From contig PBSN01000008.1 of the NCBI GenBank assembly GCA_002726235.1, positions 66,088-130,087 of the forward strand: a DNA stretch of 64,000 nt, in the 5' to 3' direction. Of the stretch, positions 1-11,273 are shown piece by piece. This DNA comes from Nitrospiraceae bacterium (GTDB lineage Bacteria; Nitrospirota; Nitrospiria; Nitrospirales; UBA2166). The notes under the pieces are model-generated. The model ran no database searches. It was given only the letters and a program-made list of their open reading frames with translations, and was not told where the DNA came from. A program made the translations under genes and the position numbers. The stretch's first letter is position 1, and every line of letters starts with the position of its first letter.

Positions 1-180
1 CATCAAAGTAAGTCTGTGGGAAGTAAGTATTGTCCTTCGTGTCAGGTTTTTATCATAAGAGTGCCCAGCGCTTCATTTTAGGATACGGTTGATCTGATAA
101 GGCATTTGCACTGCACAGTGGGTGAGGTGAGACGATGTTTGATGCAAGGAAAATTTCCCGGATGCTTCTCTTTGGACACG

Positions 181-1314
181 TCATAAGGATGAGGCGTGAG
201 CCTCATTAATAGTTGAGTGATGTCCATTTTTCGTCTGTACTGATTTCTTCCGACGCGAGCTTGCCAAGGCTTCCACCTCCTCGACCAAAACCTCTTCCAG
301 ATCGGCAGCTTTCACCTTACGCACAAGGTTTCCTTCTTTGAACAGGATGCCAACCCCTTGTCCTCCGGCAATGCCAATATCTGCCTCCTTGCCTTCACCG
401 ATGCCGTTGACTACGCAACCCAAGACAGAGACCGTGATTGGTTCTTTTATGTGTGCAAGGCGGCGCTCGAGGTTATTTGCAATCTGGATGACATCAATTT
501 CAAGGCGACCGCAGGTTGGACAGGCGATTACATTGATGCCACGATGGCGCAGCTCTAGCGCTTTAAGAATCTCAAAGCCAATACGGATCTCTTCGCAGGG
601 ATCGGCCGCAAGCGAGATGCGCAACGTATCTCCGATGCCATCCGCGAGTAAGAGACCAAGGCCAACTGATGACTTGACCGTACCGGTTATCGATGTCCCT
701 GCCTCGGTAATACCGAGATGAAGAGGGTAGTCACTCGCTTCTGAAAACTGGCGATAGGCATCAACTGCAAGATGGACATCGGATGCTTTGAGCGAGACTT
801 TCATATTGGTAAACCCAAAGTCTTCAATAACCTTTACGTGTGTTATTGCAGATTCGACCATGGCTTCTGCGGTTGGATACCCATACTTTTGGAGAAGTTC
901 GCGTTCTAGAGAGCCGGCGTTGACTCCAACTCTTATTGGGATGGCTCTATCCTCTGCTGCCTTTACCACCTCCCTTAGTTTCGTACGAGATCCTATATTT
1001 CCGGGATTAATCCGAATACAGTCTACGATCTCTGTGGCAAGAAGTGCGAGGCGATAATCAAAATGAATGTCCGCAATCATCGGGATATGGGTTGCAGCCT
1101 TAATTTTTGGTAATGCGTGTATCGCTTCTTCGGTTGGCACAGCTACCCTTACGATCTCGCACCCTGCTCTCTCAAGCTGGTGAATTTGCTCTATCGTGCC
1201 GTGAATGTCGCAGGTGTCAGTCGTGGTCATTGATTGGACGACGATTGGCGCATTGCCGCCAATCGGGATTCCTCCTACCTGAATCTGGCGGGTTTTTCGG
1301 CGTTCTGGTTTCAT
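181..1314 (-). CDS. ispG: (E)-4-hydroxy-3-methylbut-2-enyl-diphosphate synthase (flavodoxin)
   Basis: VQSMTTT, ADIHF, RINPGN, GIGDTLRISL, CPTCGR and GCVVNG [4Fe-4S] motifs. Confidence 0.97.
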   Translation of the reverse strand: MKPERRKTRQIQVGGIPIGGNAPIVVQSMTTTDTCDIHGTIEQIHQLERAGCEIVRVAVPTEEAIHALPKIKAATHIPMIADIHFDYRLALLATEIVDCIRINPGNIGSRTKLREVVKAAEDRAIPIRVGVNAGSLERELLQKYGYPTAEAMVESAITHVKVIEDFGFTNMKVSLKASDVHLAVDAYRQFSEASDYPLHLGITEAGTSITGTVKSSVGLGLLLADGIGDTLRISLAADPCEEIRIGFEILKALELRHRGINVIACPTCGRLEIDVIQIANNLERRLAHIKEPITVSVLGCVVNGIGEGKEADIGIAGGQGVGILFKEGNLVRKVKAADLEEVLVEEVEALASSRRKKSVQTKNGHHSTINEAHASSL

Positions 1315-1536
1315 GGCATTGGCGGTGGTTGAAAGTCCGTCACGAAATCTGGACAGAGGTGATTCTGGGGTGAGCTAATAAGCAAAGAGCGAGAATTCCG
1401 GGAGTATGAAAGCGATAAACGATGCCAACAAAACCCAAAAGCATCCCAAGCATTGCAGAGAAGCCAAGCTTTGGCCCAGAGTGTCGGTACTCCTTGGTCA
1501 CAGAGTCCCACAATGCTTTACTTATGAGGGAGTCTG

Positions 1537-3432
1537 TTACTTCGTGACGGGCTCATTCTTAAAGGCTGGGTGCAGCTCTTTCGCGGTATGATAGATGCCG
1601 TCTGCGGTAATTCCGCATTGCTCTCGGAGACGGTGTTGTGGGCCTTGGTCAACGAAGATATCTGGGATCCCGACGCGCTTGATTCTGATATTGCTGACAT
1701 TGTGGTCTGCAAGGCATTCAAGCACAGCACTTCCAAAGCCACCTTGAAGGACCCCATCTTCAACTGTAATCACGGCATTTGCTTCGCTTGCCACGGTAGT
1801 GATGAGTTCAATATCTAACGGTTTAACAAATCTGGCATTCACCACTGTAACCACGATCCCTTCAGATTTGAGTCGCTGAGCTGCCTGCATTGCTGGCGCC
1901 ACTCCGGCCCCAATCGCAATGATGGCGATATCTCTTCCAGACTGGAGGAGTTCACCTTTTCCAATTGGAATGAGTTTCAGTTCGCGGTTTAGTGGCACTC
2001 CAAGCCCACTTCCACGTGGATATCGTACAGATGCAGGACCGTCAAGTGTGAGGCCGGTATAAATCATGTGTTGAAGTTCGTTCTCGTCTTTGGGTGCCAT
2101 CACTGTCATATTGGGAATGTGTCGTAAAAACGCGAGATCGTAGACACCATGGTGTGTCGCTCCATCTTCGGCTACTAAGCCACCGCGGTCAATGCAATAG
2201 AACACCGGCAAGTTTTGAATCGCAACGTCATGTAGTACTTGGTCAAATGCGCGTTGGAGGAAGGTTGAATAAATGCCAACGACTGGTCGCATACCTTGGG
2301 ATGCGAGGCCTGCAGCAAATGTGACCGCATGTTGTTCGGCGATCCCAACGTCGTAGAATCGTGAAGGGAATGCCTTGGCAAAACGGTCGAGGCCGGTGCC
2401 TCCAGCCATCGCAGCAGTAACAGCGATGATGCGCGAATCTTTCTTTGCTTGACGAATGAGCGCGTTGCTCGCGATAGAGGTATATGATGGTGTCGAGCTG
2501 TCCTTTTTTGGTTTACCCGTTGCGCGGTCGAATGGTGAGCAGGCATGAAACCAGACGGGGTCTTTTGTTGCAGGTTCATATCCGGTGCCCTTTTTAGTCA
2601 CCACGTGTAGAAGTGTTGGCCCACTGAGTTTTCCGATATGTTCAAGTATGGGGAGCAGTTGATTGAAGTCATGACCTTCAATGGGTCCAACGTATCGGAA
2701 TCCAAGCTCTTCAAAGAGGAGTCCAGGCAGAATGAGTCCTTTTGCTGATTCCTTCGCTCGTCTGGCCATTTTGAGCATTGGTTCGCCAATGCGAGGAATG
2801 GATTGCAAAGCAGTCTTCGCCTCTGCTTTTATCCATGTCGCAAAACTTCCTGTGATTGTCCGATTCAGGTACGCGGATATTGCTCCGACATTCCGTGAGA
2901 TCGACATCTTATTGTCGTTCAGAATCACAATGGAGTTATGCTGAAGCATCCCGGCATGATTGAGGCCTTCATAGGTCATGCCGGCAGTGAGTGCTCCGTC
3001 GCCAACGATTGTGATGACTTTATATTTCTGGCCGAGAAAACCTCTTGCTTCAGCAATGCCAACTCCTGCGGAAACCCCTGTTCCTGCATGACCAGCATTG
3101 AACACATCAAATTCGCTCTCTTCACGCTTACAGAAGCCGCTGATGCCTCCAAATTGTCTTAGCGTGTGAAAGGTGTCCCGCCGACCTGTAATGAGTTTAT
3201 GTGTGTAACTCTGGTTGCCAGTGTCCCAGATAATTTTGTCATTCGGTGTGTCGAAAGCGTAATGCAGTGCCAAGGTGAGCTCAACAACCCCAAGGTTAGA
3301 TGCAAGATGGCCTCCGACCTTCGAAGTGATATCAATGAGCCGTTCGCGAATTTCTACCGCAAGGGCTGGGAGCTGACTAGTGGAGAGATTTCTGAGTTCA
3401 GCCGGGCTGTTAATTGTGCTGAGAAGTGACAT
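1537..3432 (-). CDS. dxs: 1-deoxy-D-xylulose-5-phosphate synthase
   Basis: GGHLASNLG, GDGA..G..ND TPP motif, DVGIAEQHAV, DGATHHG; start moved to ATG 3432 (MSLLSTINSP), which has an upstream GAGAGG SD. Confidence 0.97.
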   Translation of the reverse strand: MSLLSTINSPAELRNLSTSQLPALAVEIRERLIDITSKVGGHLASNLGVVELTLALHYAFDTPNDKIIWDTGNQSYTHKLITGRRDTFHTLRQFGGISGFCKREESEFDVFNAGHAGTGVSAGVGIAEARGFLGQKYKVITIVGDGALTAGMTYEGLNHAGMLQHNSIVILNDNKMSISRNVGAISAYLNRTITGSFATWIKAEAKTALQSIPRIGEPMLKMARRAKESAKGLILPGLLFEELGFRYVGPIEGHDFNQLLPILEHIGKLSGPTLLHVVTKKGTGYEPATKDPVWFHACSPFDRATGKPKKDSSTPSYTSIASNALIRQAKKDSRIIAVTAAMAGGTGLDRFAKAFPSRFYDVGIAEQHAVTFAAGLASQGMRPVVGIYSTFLQRAFDQVLHDVAIQNLPVFYCIDRGGLVAEDGATHHGVYDLAFLRHIPNMTVMAPKDENELQHMIYTGLTLDGPASVRYPRGSGLGVPLNRELKLIPIGKGELLQSGRDIAIIAIGAGVAPAMQAAQRLKSEGIVVTVVNARFVKPLDIELITTVASEANAVITVEDGVLQGGFGSAVLECLADHNVSNIRIKRVGIPDIFVDQGPQHRLREQCGITADGIYHTAKELHPAFKNEPVTK

Positions 3433-3565
3433 ATTCCTCTCAATATAAACTGTTGCTACATGACAAAATGACGAGGAAAAACGCCATGGTGCACCCCGAA
3501 ATCGACCGGAGTCTCCCACAAAGCTGAATGGGCTGTCAATGGCCATTTAACCCCGCCATTGGCGG

Positions 3566-4768
3566 TCAAAACGGGAAATCGAGGCCAGCAAAGACGCCTA
3601 CGCCTTCGGTTCCGAAGCCGACATCGACTCTGGCAGCGATGTTGGGTGCAGCAATGGCTCTGAAGCCGATTCCAGGGTTCAGTTGCCACTTGTCAAAAGT
3701 ATCGGATCCAAATGTATCAAACACTGTACCTACATCCACAAATGGCGCGATTTCAAATTCGGTCATTGTTCCAGCGATTTGCTTCTTGGTGACTTGAATT
3801 CGCTCCTCAATATTGAAAAGCGCGGAATGATAACCGATGAAACGGTCGATCCCAAATCCTCGGAGTGTTGATTCTCCGCCGAGACTGCTTTGCTCGAAGA
3901 ATGGAATCTCATCTCCAAAGGCCGTTTGAATTTGGGCGTGGGCCACGAATATGAATCGCTCTGATAGTTGACTTGGATAGAGCCCTGTGTATTCGACGTG
4001 GTATCGCTGGAAGGTGGTGCCAAAATTTTTTCCAATGTTTTGGTTCAACTCGGCAAACGCCGTCATTAACGTACCACGAGTGGGGGTTTCCCGATCATCC
4101 CTTGAATCGTAGAGAGCTCCCAAGCGATGTCCGACGATTGTTGCGCCGCCAATTCCCGGCACGAGAGAAAAGTTGTCAGTGATAAAGGGAAGAGAGTCTA
4201 CGCCGCCGCGTTGGATATCGACATCTCGAAAACGCTCTGTCAGTTGAACCTCAAAGTGATCGGTGAACCGGTATCCGATCATAATACGCATGATACCTTC
4301 CTGATTTGTGTAGTTGGTTTGATCAGATTCGCGACTTTTGTTTGAAAGCCCAAAGAAGCGTGCAGTGGCATCTTTAAAAAACCCGCCTTCAGCTTCAAAG
4401 GTAATACGTGGGTGCCCAAATGCATAATTGCGATATCGAGCAACAAGTTTTCTTTCGATGGTCTCAGTGTATGATGCGATCAGGCGATAATCGCTGTCAT
4501 TAGTCGGAAATCCTATCAAATTAAGGCTTGCTCGTGAGCCAAGGAATTCATTGAAAATATACATAGGAGCGACAATTGTCTGTATTTCATCATTCTCGTT
4601 GCTCGATACGAACACTGGGAGAGCGCCGTATTCTGTGCCACCGTTTTCTGAGGTTGCGAGGACAGGGAGCAAAAAATGTGAAGTTTGGATTTCTGAGGCG
4701 TGGCAGGTCCCAGTAAACAGCAATATGCTGGAGAGAAGCCAAGGCCAGAGCCATGATAGGGAGAGCAA
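3566..4768 (-). CDS. Omp85/BamA-TamA family outer-membrane beta-barrel protein without obvious POTRA domains
   Basis: Signal peptide, LGGESTLRGF (RGF-type loop motif), PFVDVG strand, C-terminal Phe (GLDFPF). Confidence 0.8.
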   Translation of the reverse strand: MLSLSWLWPWLLSSILLFTGTCHASEIQTSHFLLPVLATSENGGTEYGALPVFVSSNENDEIQTIVAPMYIFNEFLGSRASLNLIGFPTNDSDYRLIASYTETIERKLVARYRNYAFGHPRITFEAEGGFFKDATARFFGLSNKSRESDQTNYTNQEGIMRIMIGYRFTDHFEVQLTERFRDVDIQRGGVDSLPFITDNFSLVPGIGGATIVGHRLGALYDSRDDRETPTRGTLMTAFAELNQNIGKNFGTTFQRYHVEYTGLYPSQLSERFIFVAHAQIQTAFGDEIPFFEQSSLGGESTLRGFGIDRFIGYHSALFNIEERIQVTKKQIAGTMTEFEIAPFVDVGTVFDTFGSDTFDKWQLNPGIGFRAIAAPNIAARVDVGFGTEGVGVFAGLDFPF

Positions 4769-4968
4769 TTGTCTACTTGGCTAGTTCCGCAATCTTCTAG
4801 GGTGAATTAAAACGAAGAAGTGCGGATGTTGTCCATACGTGTCGGCGATACGGTCTGCACATGCCCAGCAACTAACCGTATAAATTTTTAGTATGAATAT
4901 GGCAAAGCGTCATTATACATTAAGCCGCAGTGGAAGCGGACCAAGGCATGGAATTAAACACTGACTGT

Positions 4969-5631
4969 TTATGGAGGCGGAGAAATCGCTATCTTCTCTC
5001 TCAATTGGCTGGTTAAGGTGGCAAAGGACTTTGAGCGAATGATACGATCAAATTGTTTACGAAAGTTTCTCACAACGCTGACACCGTCAATGACGACATC
5101 ATAGACTCGCCATTTCCCATTCTTCTCTCGCATCCGGTACTCCACAGGTATTGTTCCTGACTTGTTTATGATTTGGGTTTTTACTTGGCTGAAATCACCT
5201 TTGATTGTTTCGTCAAGGTAGTTCACCTGTGAGTCTGTTCTAGATTCGACTGTTGTGATGTATGAACTCATAAGGAGTTTACTGAGAAGTGAAATGAATT
5301 CTTCTTTTTCATCGGCAGACCGTTTTTTCCAGTGCTGTGCAAGAGTTCGTCTGGCCATTTCTCGATAATCAAATCGCTTAACGAGAATATCATATAGGCG
5401 CGTTCTGCGGTCGGTAGCCACCTCATGTGGCGAAAGCTCAGGATCAATAGGGTACGAAAAAGTAAGTACGGTTAGGAGTGCGTTTGTGGTTTCTTGGATT
5501 GCCTGCGTTGGACTGATTGCTGCGGAAGCGTTGGAAAAATATCCACCTAGGACAAAACACCCTATGATGAAAATCCGTTTATAAATATGAGTGGTTGTGG
5601 AACTCATGTGCATGTTTTCCCGATCAGGCAT
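4969..5631 (-). CDS. mlaC: MlaC/Ttg2D (HpnM-like) periplasmic lipid shuttle
   Basis: FDYREMARRTLAQHW, VEYRM, WRVYDVVIDGVSVVRNFRKQF signatures; signal peptide. Confidence 0.88.
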   Translation of the reverse strand: MPDRENMHMSSTTTHIYKRIFIIGCFVLGGYFSNASAAISPTQAIQETTNALLTVLTFSYPIDPELSPHEVATDRRTRLYDILVKRFDYREMARRTLAQHWKKRSADEKEEFISLLSKLLMSSYITTVESRTDSQVNYLDETIKGDFSQVKTQIINKSGTIPVEYRMREKNGKWRVYDVVIDGVSVVRNFRKQFDRIIRSKSFATLTSQLREKIAISPPP

Positions 5632-5742
5632 GACAATGTGTTGGGTTCCATAAGCTAAGTATGGTGAGTTTTATCGAATGGGTTTGTTTTACACAAGCGA
5701 TCTACAATGGGATAACAAGTCTGCGAATTATATCATGGGAAA

Positions 5743-8268
5743 TCATGTTGTTGGGTGAATCATAGTAGTTTCGTTTGGGCCAAGGGGTCTAAACGCCATC
5801 AGGAGTGCCGGCAGCAGTGTGAGGTTGCTCATCAGTGCGACAAGCATAGCTAGTCCTGTGAGTACGCCAAAATAGACCGTGGGGACAAAATTGGAGAAGA
5901 GAAGAATTGAAAATCCAATCGTGATCGTGAGTGCGGTGTAATAGATGGCTTTTCCAATGCTGCCGTGACAGCGATTAATGGTCTCCTCATATTGGAGTGT
6001 GGTAGAGAATTCGAGTTGAAAGCGGTGCACGTAATGAATTGCATGGTCAACGGCGATCCCAACAGTGATAGCAGCGATAGTAATCGTCATCATGTCTAGT
6101 GGAATTCCAAAAAATCCCATCAAGCCGAGAACAGCGCTTGCTGCAAGTAGATTTGGAATAATGGCAAGAACTGCAAGGTATAGACTTCTGAAAAGAACGA
6201 TAAACATGACAAGAATACTGAAAAATACAACGCCAATAGTCGTGATTTGAGACGTATAGAGGCTTTGCAACATGTTGTTGTACAGTACAACCATCCCGCT
6301 AAACTGAATATCCTGTTCGGCAAAGTCCATATCTTCAAGGAGAAAACGTTTTATATTTTCAATGAGTGTTTTTCGTCGAAGGGTTGGGGACGAATCAATG
6401 AGTCGCATCACGAGACGTATCTGATTGCCATCCTCTGAAAGGTAGGGTGAAACGAGTGCCTGTTTCACTTCCTCAGGCATACGTTTTTGTATCAGCTCGA
6501 GCTGGTAATCATCTGGTATTTGATCATCATTGAGTTGTTTTAAGATCTTGAACGAGGTGGCGAGAGAGAGCACTTTTCCAGCTTCAGGTAGTTGATCAAG
6601 GTGATCGTGGATGCGCTCGATTTTAGTGAGCATATTGGGATGGAACCAATAGGTGTCTTGTGCAGTTTCTTCCTCTGCAAAGGGATCATCAAATGGATCC
6701 TCAGGTAGTATCTCGTCATGTTCTCGGGTAGAACTCTCAAGGTATGCTAAAAACTCTTGGTCTGGGTTGATGATGATTTCGAGTGGTGTCGTACCCCCAA
6801 GTTGTGTATCGATAAGCTCCATTCCGCGGTAAATCTCTGTTGAGCTTTTGAAGTTGTCGATGAAGCGATTTTCAACGTCGAGTTGTGTGATGCCAAATAA
6901 ACTTGTCAGGACGAGGACCGCACACAGTGCGAAAATGAGGTATGTGTATCGATGGGTGAATGAGGCAACTGCGAGGGTAAACAAGCGGGTGAAGTCAGAG
7001 CTGGAGTCTGGATGTTCCGGTTTGAGTAATACAAGTGCGGCAGGAAAAAAAAGAAAGTTCAGGACAAACGCAAGCGTAATGCCTATTGTCATCATCCAGC
7101 CAAAATCGATGACCGGTCGTATTCCACTAACGACAAGAGACCCAAAAGCCACGATTGTCGTAATCGCAGTATAAAAACATGGTTTGGCCATAATTTGTAT
7201 GGTTTTGTGTACTAATGTTCGCTGATCTTTCTGAGGATAGGCTGTCTGCATAATGCGAAAACGGACAATCAGGTGGATGGAAAGTGACATGGTGATAATG
7301 AGGAGGAGTGATATAAAGTTCGATGAGATGACGGTCACTTTCCAATCTAACAATCCGAGCATGCCTACCATGACCCATGCAGTGATAGAGCAACAGGCTA
7401 ATGGGAGGACGACCCAACGCATTTTCCTGAAGAACAATGTAAGTGCAAGGATCAAGAATCCAAGAACGCCGGCACCAAACACGACTAGGTCATGTTCAAT
7501 AAAACTAATCATGTCTGCTGTAATCATGGAAATCCCACCCAGGTACATCTCGGCGCGATCAGCGTGGTGTTCCATGATGTTCCGTATTGCCGTGATTTCT
7601 TCGCGCTCTCGTTTGAGGGTTTTTGCATGGGCGATGGTGAACGCGTCAAGAACCTTATTGAGTGCAGATGCTTCATCCGCGGTAAGTCCAGTCTTGCGTT
7701 GTTTATCGCGAAGGTGATTACGTTGGTGGAGAAGGGAGTGGTATTGCTCGTCGCGGTGCAAATTTATAATGAGGGCGGTCGTTGTTCCATCTTGGCTGAC
7801 GAGGTGATTTCGGTAGATCGGGCTTTCCAGAAATTCTTGTCTGACAAGGTCTTTATCAATTCCAGGAGTTTCAAGTGTTCTGACTTGTGAGTTCATCTCA
7901 GAAAGAGCGACATGCGGACTCTGTAAGAGTGGAACGTCGAGTATGGTGAGAACTGACTTGATTCTTGGAATGGTGGATAGCGCGTCACGAAGGGATTTGA
8001 TGTTTGCGAGGGTGCCATCAGACAATAAATCGTCCATTGGGCGATAGGCAATGATGAGAAAATCATCTGCCCCATATCGCTCTCTGAGTATCCGGTAATA
8101 TTGGAGGTCGGCATCGTCTTCGAGAACGAGAGATTCCGCTGAAGCATCAAGCTTAAAGTTGGGAATATGGAATCCGAAAAAGACGACAGCTAGTGCGACG
8201 AGTGATAAGGCGATGAGAGGGTGTTCGATAACGATTGTACGGTAGAAATACCCAAGGTAAGCACGCAT
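5743..8268 (-). CDS. MMPL/RND-superfamily lipid transporter (HpnN-like)
   Basis: Two repeats of TM + periplasmic loop + TM bundle; GIAVDHAIHY proton-relay motif; LDASAESLVLEDD N-terminal motif. Confidence 0.88.
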   Translation of the reverse strand: MRAYLGYFYRTIVIEHPLIALSLVALAVVFFGFHIPNFKLDASAESLVLEDDADLQYYRILRERYGADDFLIIAYRPMDDLLSDGTLANIKSLRDALSTIPRIKSVLTILDVPLLQSPHVALSEMNSQVRTLETPGIDKDLVRQEFLESPIYRNHLVSQDGTTTALIINLHRDEQYHSLLHQRNHLRDKQRKTGLTADEASALNKVLDAFTIAHAKTLKREREEITAIRNIMEHHADRAEMYLGGISMITADMISFIEHDLVVFGAGVLGFLILALTLFFRKMRWVVLPLACCSITAWVMVGMLGLLDWKVTVISSNFISLLLIITMSLSIHLIVRFRIMQTAYPQKDQRTLVHKTIQIMAKPCFYTAITTIVAFGSLVVSGIRPVIDFGWMMTIGITLAFVLNFLFFPAALVLLKPEHPDSSSDFTRLFTLAVASFTHRYTYLIFALCAVLVLTSLFGITQLDVENRFIDNFKSSTEIYRGMELIDTQLGGTTPLEIIINPDQEFLAYLESSTREHDEILPEDPFDDPFAEEETAQDTYWFHPNMLTKIERIHDHLDQLPEAGKVLSLATSFKILKQLNDDQIPDDYQLELIQKRMPEEVKQALVSPYLSEDGNQIRLVMRLIDSSPTLRRKTLIENIKRFLLEDMDFAEQDIQFSGMVVLYNNMLQSLYTSQITTIGVVFFSILVMFIVLFRSLYLAVLAIIPNLLAASAVLGLMGFFGIPLDMMTITIAAITVGIAVDHAIHYVHRFQLEFSTTLQYEETINRCHGSIGKAIYYTALTITIGFSILLFSNFVPTVYFGVLTGLAMLVALMSNLTLLPALLMAFRPLGPNETTMIHPTT

Positions 8269-8274
8269 CGTATT

Positions 8275-9021
8275 TCAATCGCAATCAAAAATGGGAATAA
8301 AATTCATCAGCAATAGGTTCGAGTGTGATGCCGCGACGTTGGTTTGATCTTTAAACATGTTCAGTGACATGCAACGTGTGGGGTGCCGAATGAGGTTTGT
8401 CTCAGCACGGATAGTCCCAACAGGAGCATTGAAGGGATTAAAATCGAACGGAAGGTCTTTATCAAGCAAATCAGATACATCACGAACGATGAGATTCGGT
8501 GTTTCTTGGACAGTGACTATCTTGGCAAGTGCCGCGCTTTCCATATAAAGTCCGTGTGGCTAGGTTGCTGACAGAAATTTCCCGTTTCTCACTGGCTTTT
8601 CAGATAATGTGGTTTGGCTGTGACAATGGTACTACGCAATGATAGGATCCCTGTTTGCCGTTGCAAGTGCTCTGCACAGTCGATAAAGGTTGAAGTAGAC
8701 GAAAAAAATATGTGGCGACGTTTTGCCAAGACGAAACGTCTGGGCGTCTTATGATGCGATCCTCGATCGACGCTGGTTTCAACGCACAGGTACAGTCCAT
8801 GATACTGACAGCATGAAGTGGAAATTCCTCAAGAGCATTTTTCTTGGAGTGGCGAGTGTTATAAGGCCAACTGCTTGTCTGAATGAGCGGGACCAGGATA
8901 TTTTCACATTGGCTAGATTTGTATTGGTATGTGTGCCTACGGCCACATTTGCGTATCGATAATTTCTGACAACTGTGCAGGAATTCTTGTGTGGACGCGG
9001 TAAAAGACCAACCGTCGTCAT
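8275..9021 (-). pseudogene. hpnG: Decayed hopanoid-associated nucleosidase/phosphorylase (HpnG)
   Basis: ATG 9021 overlaps the shc stop (ATGA). MTTVGL shifts frame into FTASTQE...LIQT...CALKPASIEDRII, meets an in-frame TGA at 8600-8602, then shifts again into GLYMESAALA...VRDVSD (phosphorylase DMESAA / RxISD motifs). Confidence 0.75.
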
Positions 9022-11153
9022 GTTTTGTTGAAGTGCTGGACATACCACTTTTGGGCTTTGTTGCGTTTCGCAATATCATCGGCCCTAAGTCGAGTGTTGG
9101 TCTTCAGGCTTTGGTACATTGAGAGAGCCCACAAGGGAAAATATTGACCATACCAGTGGTAGCGGAGATAAAAAACACGAGGGAATCCGGTTCCCGTATG
9201 AAAGCTCTCTTCCCACGAACCATCGGATTTTTGTGATCGGATTAGTGATTCGATTCCGCGAGTGACATTGTCGGATTTGACCTCTCCAGCACACAATAGG
9301 CCGATAAGTGCCCACGCGGTTTGAGATGCGGTACTTTCTCCCACACCAGCTAAGCTTGGGTCAGTATACGACTGGCATGATTCTCCCCATCCACCGTCAT
9401 CGTGCTGGGTTTCTTTTAGCCAATGTATTGCCTTACAGATGTATGGCTGGGAAAGATCTTCGCCGATACTACGCAGTCCTGCTAGCACGGACCATGTGCC
9501 GTAAATATAATTCACGCCCCAACGGCCATACCATGATCCATTGGTTTCTTGAGCATTTTTGAGGTACGCAATCGCTTCTTGGGCTGGAGGGAATGTCTGA
9601 TCAAATCCGAGCACACCTAGCAATTCCAATACGCGACCGGCAATATCCGCGGTACTGTGATCGATCAGGGATTTGTGATCGGCGAACGGGTGTTCATTGA
9701 ACATTGTGGCGTTGTTGTCTTTGTCGTATGAGGCCCAGCCGCCATCATGGCTTTGCATTGCCAATAACCAGTGAAGGCCACGAAGAATAGCTTGCCGCTG
9801 TTCGGCTTTGTTAGGAAAATTCAACTTTGCAAGTGCCATAAGGACGACAGCTGTATCGTCGCAATCTGGGTAAAGTTCATTTTCAAACTGGAAACTCCAT
9901 CCACCAGGTTGAGCTTGTGGGGCAGAAATCTTCCAATCTCCAACTTTCTTGGTTTGTTTTGACAACATCCAGTGCCCAGCTTTGAGGAGTGCCGGGTGTG
10001 CCTGAGATAGCCCAGATTCTACGAGCGCATTAGTCAGCAAACAGGTATCCCAAATTGGAGAAAAACAGGGTTGAAGGTGAAGCATATCATCTGATTCAAC
10101 TTCGAGTTCTTCAATTTCAGATAGCGCCTTGCCAATCAATGGGTGGTCAGTTTCATATCCAAGAGCATGCAAGGCAAGGACAGAGTTTGCCATGGCTGGA
10201 TAAATGGCTCCGAGGCCGCCATTTCCTTGCATACGCTCTAGCATCCAATCTGTTGCTTTCTTTATTGCGAATCCGCGAAGCGGGAGCAGTGGGCGCTGAC
10301 TGTACAGATGAAGGGCAAAATCAACGAGTAGAAAAAGATTTCGCCAACTCACAAGGCGTGGGTCGGTTTCGAATGGGGGTCCCTTTCGGATGCGTACTTT
10401 ATCGCGTGGGACGACGTATAATTCATCAATCGAATTCTCTTTTGGGATCTGTTTCACTGGCTGTGATGCATAAATGATGAGAAGAGGTACTAGGACAACT
10501 CGCGACCAATAGGAAACGGAGTGAATGTTGCCTGGGAACTGTTTCGGAAGTAGGATGATTTCCGGAGGTATACTGGGGATCCCATGCCAGTCGTATTGAT
10601 CAAACAAGGCTAGGGCGATTTTGGTAAACACATTGGTTTTGACAACACCACCCATTTTTAGAATGATTTCTCGCGCATTGAGCATCAATGGCTCATCAGG
10701 CGAGATGCCAGCGAGCTTCAATGCAAAATATGCTTTGACTGAAGCGCTGATGTTGCTTGGTCCGCCATAATAAATTGGCCAACCACCGTCTGCACACTGC
10801 GCAGCCTTAAGATAGCTTACCTTTTTTCGCTCTTTGTCTGGATCGACCTTATGCAACATACGCCTTAACATGATGTATTCCGAGGTCAGTGTTGAGTCGG
10901 CCTCAAGTTCGGCAACCCAAAATCCACGCGGATCCTGCTGGTTGAGAAGATAGTGAATGCTCTGTTCCATATGCTTGTTGCATGTCTTCAACAATGCCCA
11001 GCTATTTGTAGGCGAGGAAACCGAAGAGGCTGGTAACGGCGTTGTTGTGAGCGAGTGCTTAGGGGAGGTACTGAAGTGGCGTGGGAGTACGGTGGTTTTT
11101 GAGGCGTGCTCCAGCGTAACGTCTTTCAATGACGTATGATCTTCGGTTTCCAT
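9018..11153 (-). CDS. shc: Squalene-hopene cyclase
   Basis: YPDCDDTA (DxDD) motif, multiple QW repeats, GSWYGRWGVNYIYGT, TGTGFPRVFYLRYH. Confidence 0.97.
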   Translation of the reverse strand: METEDHTSLKDVTLEHASKTTVLPRHFSTSPKHSLTTTPLPASSVSSPTNSWALLKTCNKHMEQSIHYLLNQQDPRGFWVAELEADSTLTSEYIMLRRMLHKVDPDKERKKVSYLKAAQCADGGWPIYYGGPSNISASVKAYFALKLAGISPDEPLMLNAREIILKMGGVVKTNVFTKIALALFDQYDWHGIPSIPPEIILLPKQFPGNIHSVSYWSRVVLVPLLIIYASQPVKQIPKENSIDELYVVPRDKVRIRKGPPFETDPRLVSWRNLFLLVDFALHLYSQRPLLPLRGFAIKKATDWMLERMQGNGGLGAIYPAMANSVLALHALGYETDHPLIGKALSEIEELEVESDDMLHLQPCFSPIWDTCLLTNALVESGLSQAHPALLKAGHWMLSKQTKKVGDWKISAPQAQPGGWSFQFENELYPDCDDTAVVLMALAKLNFPNKAEQRQAILRGLHWLLAMQSHDGGWASYDKDNNATMFNEHPFADHKSLIDHSTADIAGRVLELLGVLGFDQTFPPAQEAIAYLKNAQETNGSWYGRWGVNYIYGTWSVLAGLRSIGEDLSQPYICKAIHWLKETQHDDGGWGESCQSYTDPSLAGVGESTASQTAWALIGLLCAGEVKSDNVTRGIESLIRSQKSDGSWEESFHTGTGFPRVFYLRYHWYGQYFPLWALSMYQSLKTNTRLRADDIAKRNKAQKWYVQHFNKT

Positions 11154-11273
11154 TGCAAATTGGCTGGGGAAAGCTGGAAAGGTACTTGTAAGGAAAAGAT
11201 TGAAGCTATTGCTTAAAGACCGTTCGTCTTTTAAAGTCGCCGAAGGGTGTTAATCGTTTTGTAGTTGGTGCGC

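Noticed and set aside
1315..1536. Small hydrophobic ORFs between dxs and ispG
   Set aside because: Competing short frames, no recognisable family, weak initiation signals
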